A stretch of DNA of 64,000 nucleotides. It comes from Eledone cirrhosa (lineage: Eukaryota). Positions within the stretch are counted from its first letter, which is position 1. Each line of letters opens with the position of its first letter. The stretch lies in contig OZ024753.1 of NCBI GenBank assembly GCA_964016885.1, forward strand, positions 5,332,001 through 5,396,000, given 5' to 3'. Made by a program: the position numbers and the translations under genes. Below the pieces are notes generated by a model. The model had not been told where the DNA came from. It did not search any database and saw nothing but the letters and a program-made list of their open reading frames with translations. Shown in pieces: positions 52,901-64,000 of the stretch.

Positions 52901-53350
52901 GTAAATACATACATATATATATATGTAAATACATACATATATATATATGTAAATACATATATATATAAATACATATATATAAATACATATATATATATAT
53001 ATATATATGTAAATACATATATATATATATATATGTAAATATATATATCATCATCATCATCATCACCGTTTTATGTCCGTTCTTCCATGCTAGCATGGGT
53101 TAGACGGGTTGTCTTGTTGTGGGCAGTGTCTGGTTGGCTGACCATGCCTTGCTCATAAAGGAACTGATTTTTACTTGATTTCTACAGCTGGATGCCCTTC
53201 CTAACACCAACCTCATTTACAGTGAGTGCTGGGTGCTTTTTTCCATGGCGCCTACATGTCCACTTTACAGTGTGGGCTGGGTGCTTTTTTGCCGTGGCAC
53301 CTACATGACCACTTTGCAGTGGGAGAGTGTGGGGGCATATTGTCTATATG

Positions 53351-53396
<46 letters not shown>

Positions 53397-53401
53397 CATA
53401 T

Positions 53402-53463
<62 letters not shown>

Positions 53464-53644
53464 ATATGTGTATATGTTTATGTGTGTGTATGTGTGTATA
53501 TGTTTATGTATATATATATATATACATAAACATGTATATATATATATACAATTCTAATTTTCAATTTCTGCTTGACCGGCAACCGCTCTGTATAATCAGT
53601 TCCAGATTATTTACTAGAATTCTATAAGAACCAAACATCCATGA

Positions 53645-53736
53645 TTTCAGCAAACAGGAGGGGTAGTTGGCTTTGATAAACATCAATAAATGCGAAACAA
53701 GGCCTTGTCAGCTTTATCTCCCCCTGTTTGCTGAAA
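53645..53736 (+). ncRNA. Type I hammerhead motif with U3-A8 core variant and extended stem I
   Basis: GGCU-UUGAUAA-ACAUCAAUAAAUGC-GAAA-CAAGGCCUUG-UC-AGCU, closed by UUUCAGCAAACAGG/CCUGUUUGCUGAAA. Confidence 0.6.
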
Positions 53737-53844
53737 ATTAAAGTAAGTGAGTCTGTCACTACTCTAAAACAATAGCATAAGGTCTTCGAAATGCTTTTAA
53801 TCAAGCATACAGTGTATTGCAAAATACACTATATACACATTCAT

Positions 53845-53875
<31 letters not shown>

Positions 53876-53929
53876 CATAAACACACATGCATATACATTT
53901 ACATATATATATATATACACACATATTCT

Positions 53930-54075
53930 CTTGAATGTCTCATCAGAAATATCTTCAAACCAACAGTTGGAGTTTGACAAGGATGTCTCCTACCTCCAGT
54001 GCTTTTCAACTTCTTGCTGGAGAATGTCATGGATGAGTCACTGAGATTTCCACACCTCAATTTCCATTTACATGG
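53930..54075 (+). mobile_element. LINE RT fragment
   Basis: IFKPTVGV*QGCLLPPVLFNFLLENVM (QG..LSP.LFN motif). Confidence 0.65.
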
Positions 54076-54090
54076 ACATATATACACATA

Positions 54091-54162
<72 letters not shown>

Positions 54163-54360
54163 TAGATAATACAGTAGATGTTAGAATCATAGGGCAGTAG
54201 AGTATATATAAAAATAAGTACCAGTCAAGTACTCGGGTCAATGTAATTGACTATACTCTTGAAGCAGGTTTCCCAGTATGGCGACACTCCATTTGCTGAA
54301 ATACTGAAAGAATGTCATTTTACTATCTTGGTGCCGTAGCAACCATTTTACCTCTCTCTG

Positions 54361-54503
<143 letters not shown>

Positions 54504-54704
54504 ATATATATATGTATGTATATATAATATAGAAATGGCTTCTACATGACTAGAACAGTTTCATTCGAAGAAAATCATCAGGAAACAGTTCTAGTCCTGT
54601 AGAAGCCATTTCTATATTATACATCTATACTCTGCTATGTATTGAGTACCTTACTTACTGTGGTTACTCCAGATTGAACCCAAGATACACATGCACGCAC
54701 ATAT

Positions 54705-54750
<46 letters not shown>

Positions 54751-56679
54751 TTATTTATGTATGTGTGTGTGTGAGTCCTGGGTTCAATCGCGGGGTAACC
54801 ACAACTTGTAAAGTACTCAATACATTAGTAGAGTGTAAAATCAAATTTAATATAGAAATGGCTTCTACAACACTAGAACTGTTTCTTTCAAAATGAACCA
54901 CCAGGAAAGCTTTCCTGACACACACACACACATAAATACATAGGTAAGTGATCCCAGGGGCATCAGTATACCTAGGGCCGACCAGGTCTACCAGTGCCCT
55001 CCATTGCTGGCGGTCTCATGCCAGCCCCTCTGCCTGTCAGATAGAATGATTTGCGGTATTTGTTCCGGTTCTCTGCTCTCTCAGTTCAAATGCTGCCTAG
55101 GTCAATTTTGCCGTCCATCCATTGAAGTACCAGTCTAATACTGTGATCGATTCTTCCGCTATATACTTTCTCCCTTCCTCTCACTCACTTTCTATCCTGC
55201 TCTGGAAGAAATCTGCTGTACTCGGGCCTGGAGTGTGAACGCACAAGAAACCCTGTAATGTCAGTAGATACAGCGCCTTTATGACTCCATCATGAGTTAC
55301 AGGAGCACACCATACGTATATATGGACAGATGTAGCATTTATATATATTGTGTGTGTATGCGTCTGTGTGTAGGAGTATATAAAATCTTCTAATATCAAA
55401 CTATTATCTAAAGTAAAATAGAAGCTAACTTAAATTGACTTATCAAGGGAAATAACTCTAAAATTTTACAGCAATTTTTCACTTTACATTGCCGGAAAGT
55501 TTTCCTTTTTTTTCTTTAGTGTGTAGTTTTTTTTTTTTATATATTTCTTACTTCCACCTTTTTTACAAGGAAGGAGATCAGTGGCTCAGCTTCAGTACTG
55601 ACTTGGTCTGTGTAGATCCATCCAACTCTTGCTAGCAGGGAACGTGGTCATTAAAACGATAATTGTTTCTACTATTGGCACAAGGCCAACAATTACCCAG
55701 TACATTACTGGTACTTTATTTTATCGACCCCGTAAGGATGAAAGGCAAAGTTAACCTCGGCGGGATTTGAACTCAGAATGGCAAGGGCCGTAACTCTATG
55801 CGTCAAAGCATGGCGTCCAACCCTCTACCAATACTGACGATAATGGTAATGATTATGATGATGATGATACCCTCCCATTTGCATATGCAAAAGTTGGTAT
55901 CGTATCCAGAGGATTAAGAAAATATGTTGTTTTTGTTGTTGTTTAGCCCTAACTGAGCACACCTGTGACCATATTTCTTCTTTTTTTTTTCAGACAGATT
56001 AAATCATCTAATTTCTCCTTTTCTAAGAAGGTAAGGGGTGATTTTAGGGAAACTGTGTTACTATTTCTAGCAGGACAAGTAAGCATACAGAGGCTCTCTT
56101 GTATTTACATTACTCTATATATACTATTGTATTTTCATGGTAACTTCTTTACTTCACATAATTTTCTCACATACTATTGAGTCTATGAGATTTTTATATT
56201 ACTTATTTTAGAACAATACCTTAACATCAATACGAGCGGCCTGTTACAGCCAGTTTGAGCAGAAAGAGGCCAGAGAATTCTGGCCGGATACGACCAGTTT
56301 AAATGTTAACCTTAAGAAACAGAGGTAGTCAAATGAACTCTTAGCAGTCAACACTCCTCAGATTCAACACTCTCGTTATACAGATATAAGCTGTTTGCTA
56401 TGTCACCCTGTTATTAGTATTTTGACTGTGACCATTCCATCCATATTTTGGAAGATAGATTGTCTTAACCTCAAGGACTTTAGAATATGTGGTTCCCATT
56501 TTTAAATTAATAAGGAGTTTGTAAACTGATGGTAGAGAGGAAATTTGGTTACTCCATGCTCAAAGTTTAAACCTCTCTCTTGTTTGAGCACCTAATCTTG
56601 CTTATGACAATCTAAATATGTTTGTGTTACAACTTTTGCATCGAGGTAACTGAAATTTTCCATAGAAGCATTCTCTTTC

Positions 56680-56880
56680 CAGCACACAACTAAATCTAGG
56701 CTCAACTTTAAATATCTTGCAATGCACACAATCACTCTAGGTTCAGGTTCAAACATCTGGAGGCATACCCCAAATTTAGGCTCAACTTCAAAGATCTTGA
56801 GGCACACACCAATTCTAGGCTCAACTTCAAACATCTTGCATGTTATGAGGCTACTCAAGTCAACTGACCACATCTTGCTT
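56680..56880. repeat. ~39-bp minisatellite
   Basis: cacacaccaaatctaggctcaacttcaaacatcttg units, ~5 copies. Confidence 0.75.
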
Positions 56881-57483
56881 GAACGGATCTGTTTTTGGCT
56901 TGATTTCCTATGGTTGGTTGCCCTTCCTAACGCCAACCACATTACAGCGTGTACTGGGAACTTTTCTCATAGCACCACCACTACCACTTTACAGGGTGGA
57001 CTGGGTGCTGTTATGTTGTGACACCAGTACAGGGTGGACTGTGGCACCACTACTACCACTTTACAGGGTCAACTTGGTGTTTTTTTTAACGTGGCACCAG
57101 AATGACTACCTTACAAGGTGGACTGGGTGTCTTTTTTTTTCATGGCACCAGTACTACCACTTTTCAGAGTGGACTGGGTGCTGTTTTGTCATGGCACCGG
57201 CTGTGTTCTGGCATAAATATCTATTATTTAACTACGAGAATCGGCTGAAGGAGTGATGCTAGAGCTGTGAAATCTTGCATGCATTAATTCCACTCTTATT
57301 AATAATTGCATTGTTTCTTTACAGAGACTATATTGAAAAATAAACCTCATTTGATCATTCCATGAGAATATCTTGGTCAACCTATGAACATTTTAGCCGA
57401 CCCTCGTACATCAAATGTATGCACAACAAGCAAATTACCTTAAACGATACCTCATTTACTATATACATATGTATGCATGCATG

Positions 57484-57533
<50 letters not shown>

Positions 57534-57539
57534 GCATGA

Positions 57540-57579
<40 letters not shown>

Positions 57580-57659
57580 TCATGCATACATATGTTTGTG
57601 TGTACAAAGTGTGATTATAGTGACTAATGGATAATGCGATCCATTATTAGGTTAAACAC

Positions 57660-59540
57660 ATTTACTCGAAAATCAGCTTGAGAATCTGAGTAATTTCCTT
57701 CATTATTAACATGCTCAGCAGCATTTCTTCTTCCTCTTCCTCTTTAACTGGCAATGCTGTGTCTAAAGTATCAATTTCCAATATTTGATTTTCATCCATA
57801 TTCATCTGTGAAATCTTGTCATTACATTTATTTACAAATTCTAAAGCCTTGCTGTGAACATTATCAAATGTTCCTGTCTGTCCCTTGCTGAATCTACCAA
57901 ACTCTATGTAGTAAACATGTCTAAAACACTTGTTTGTAGATAACTTGATAACTTGTAGTTTCAAATATATACAAGTAAGTAAATGCTGTCAATATGGTTT
58001 GAAATTTTAGAAAATGTTGAAGTAAAATATTTGCTTCATATTTTCTTTTTTCATCAAACTTGTCCGAATCTTGTATCATTGATAAGCATGTCAAAAGACT
58101 TACAAAAGTACTGACAGTGGCATCATCAAAACGTCCAAATATAGTTGGTGCTGCATCGAATTTTCCTGACCACCTAGTTTCCCCAATTAGTTTTAATCGT
58201 TTCATTTTTTCTTGTCCTAGATGTTTGCAAACAGCTTCTATCCATACAGCCATTCTCTTGTATGACGCCTTTACAAAAGCTGCTAAATTCTGGAGCAAAT
58301 TGAAAAAAAGAAACTGCAGGTACACAACATTTTGTTGTTTCAGTTATCACCAAATTCAAGACACGGGCATAACACCATATATGTACATATTGATCTGCCA
58401 CGTCAGCGATCTTACTTTGTTAACCCTTGGCAACGTGTTCTCCATTCTATCTACCGGAGCTGTGGGGAGACCATCAAGATGATTGACTGACTTGTCATTT
58501 TATCAGTCAACACCGAAATTCCTGCCCATTTTCAGCACGTTGTATTTCCTATTGTTTTATTTAAAAACATGATAGCTTGCAGCACCATCTGTGCTATCAG
58601 ATAAACATTTTTGGGGGTCAATTTTAAAATGCTGTAGCGTTACAGTCAATAGATCAAAAAGTCCCTGTCTTGTACAATCATTACTTAGCACAACAGAAAG
58701 TCGTTGCTCACAGATAACACCTTTAAGCACATACCAAATAACAATGCTAATCTGATTGATGGATGAATTATCTTGTGTTGAATCAACCTGAATAGAATAA
58801 TAAATTGCTTGAGAAACTTCATGACCAATTCTTTCTTGTATCATATTCTTCATAATTTGGATTAACACAATAATAGTTGTTTTGCTCAAGTATGTAACAA
58901 GTCCACCACAGCCTTTACTTTGAGCCTTTCCTTGTTATTCTAATCATTTGATTCTTTGTCCAGACTTGTTTTGCACTGCAGAAACATGAGCTGCCATAAT
59001 GGTGTCATATTTTGTCATCATCAGCACTGTAGCTAAAAAATTGCCATGATTCAGAATGTAGACTGATTCATTTCTGTAACCTCGAAAAGGAAGTGCTTGC
59101 TTTCTTAACATCTTTATGATGTCTATAATTCTCATGACAATACTTCTCTGCTTCAATACTTCTTTCCTTTTAATTAGTGATGTTGCAAAAAAATTATCTA
59201 AGGTGCCATCATGAACCACACTGATATATTGCTGAGCATTTTTGATATGTGTTGTTGTAGATTCGTGTAAAGCCAAGCTCTGGCTAACACACCTGTAATG
59301 ATTAAAGCCACGTACAAAGGGTAATAGATTGGGAGACTCAAAGGCTAAGTAGTATGAACAATATAATAAAATCTGTAATAGACCTACATTACTTAGCTGA
59401 CTCCTGCCTTTCTGCTTCATGTCACTCTTTACGTTTCAGTGATCCATATTTATGCTTTTTATTTTCCAAGTTGGTAGGGGTAATATTCCAGATATTCATG
59501 GTTAAAAGTTATTTTTTTAACATATATATTAACTTGTATT
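57660..59540 (-). pseudogene. Decayed hAT transposase (ZMYM1/Tip100-like)
   Basis: KQALPFRG, NHGNFL, YLSKT, YYSIQVDSTQD, DSTDGAA, HIWCYARVLNLVI, LKLIGETRWS in frameshifted ORFs; no TIRs seen. Confidence 0.88.
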
Positions 59541-59873
59541 TTTAAATTATATATGCGATGGTATGGACATGTGATGCGCATGGAGGATGACCACTGGGTG
59601 AAGAAGTGCCAAGAAATGTCAGTAGAGGAAGACCACGAAAAACATGGGCGGAGGTGGTTAGAGCGGACCTCAGATTGCTGAAGCTCAAGGAGGAGATGAC
59701 GAAAGAACGTGGCAAGTGGAGAGATGCTGTGCTGAATAGGATCCGTCCCACCCTTGCAATCAGGGAAAAGGGGACGTAAAATGATGATGATGATGATGAT
59801 GATATGTATATATATATATATATACATAGTGACAAATCATAAGTCAATTGCATGAACTCATAATCCTTTATTT

Positions 59874-59929
59874 ACTGCTATATATATTTCGATGATAGCC
59901 ATTGAATGACTATGACCTCATCAGGCAGT
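59874..59929 (-). ncRNA. Type I hammerhead ribozyme motif
   Basis: ACUGC-CUGAUGA-GGUCAUAGUCAU(UCA)AUGGCUAUCAUC-GAAA-UAUAUA-UA-GCAGU. Confidence 0.78.
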
Positions 59930-60147
59930 TAGTCAGTTCTTAGATATGACAGCTCTGTGTGTATAGTGTTGATGGTATCGGAGCCTTGGGACATATGAGC
60001 TTGTTAGAAATACTTTGATGTTGTCAGCAGGAATAGTCTTGATTCTCATTGGTCAGTTTGTAGATGCTAGTAGGTTGGTATTTGACCTCAAAGAGGCAGG
60101 TGGTTCTGTAGGGTTCAAACCATGAGGCAAGATGACAATAGTTCCAC

Positions 60148-60196
<49 letters not shown>

Positions 60197-60495
60197 TATA
60201 CATACATATTTACATACATATTTACATGTATATATAAATCTCTTTTATAATATATATATATATATATAGATATATACACTATGTATATACATATCATCAT
60301 GATATAATGTATATATATATATTTATATGTATATATATACACACATAAATATGTATATCATCTATAATATATATATAAATATATATATACATATAAATAT
60401 ATATATACATTATAACATTTGTATATATATATATATATATACACATATATATATATACATACATATTTACATGTATATATAAATCTTTTATAATA

Positions 60496-60542
<47 letters not shown>

Positions 60543-60825
60543 ATATATATACAAATGTTATAATGTATATATATATTTATATGTATATATATATATATAT
60601 TTATATGTATATATACATATTTATGTGTGTATATATATACATATAAATATATATATATACATTATATCATTTGTATGTTAAAATAATAAAATAAATTTAT
60701 TTCTGCAGCGTCAACTGGAGATTGAACTTCTCACCTCATTACGAAAGACTGAATACTCATTAATCCTACCAACGAAGCTACCAAAGAACTTATGGAAAGT
60801 TTTATATATTTGAAGTATTAAAACC

Positions 60826-63998
<3,173 letters not shown>

Positions 63999-64000
63999 TA

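Noticed and set aside
57660-59540. Domesticated ZMYM/hAT host gene
   Set aside because: Multiple frameshifts, deletions and an insertion at ~58430-58560; a decayed transposon.
60706-60785. tRNA-like sequence on the minus strand
   Set aside because: Box A/B-like words only; a cloverleaf cannot be closed, so probably a decayed repeat head.

Overview
AT-rich, microsatellite- and transposon-dense eukaryotic (metazoan) genomic DNA. The SINE, RTE-LINE and MITE repertoire points to an octopod cephalopod (inference). The only host gene is a minus-strand class IA PI3-kinase catalytic subunit (p110beta/delta-like). I reconstructed 16 GT-AG coding exons from 19446 down to 476 with consistent phases (712 codons: ABD, RBD, C2, helical domain). 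The kinase domain lies beyond the left edge, and a very long 5' intron/upstream region fills the rest of the window. That region holds decayed LINEs (RTE, RTE-X, R4/Dong-like, CRE, Penelope), a hAT transposase relic, MITEs (mariner, Tigger, piggyBac, hAT), two SINE families and several minisatellites. The most striking non-obvious signal is a set of type I hammerhead ribozyme motifs from at least four unrelated short elements embedded in or beside (TA)n tracts. They include a head-to-head palindrome with one hammerhead on each strand, a copy on the PI3K sense strand, and a U3-A8 compensatory core variant. There is also a nested fold-back structure at 60.8-64 kb. Folds, splice sites and homologies were read by eye; no search or folding program was run.
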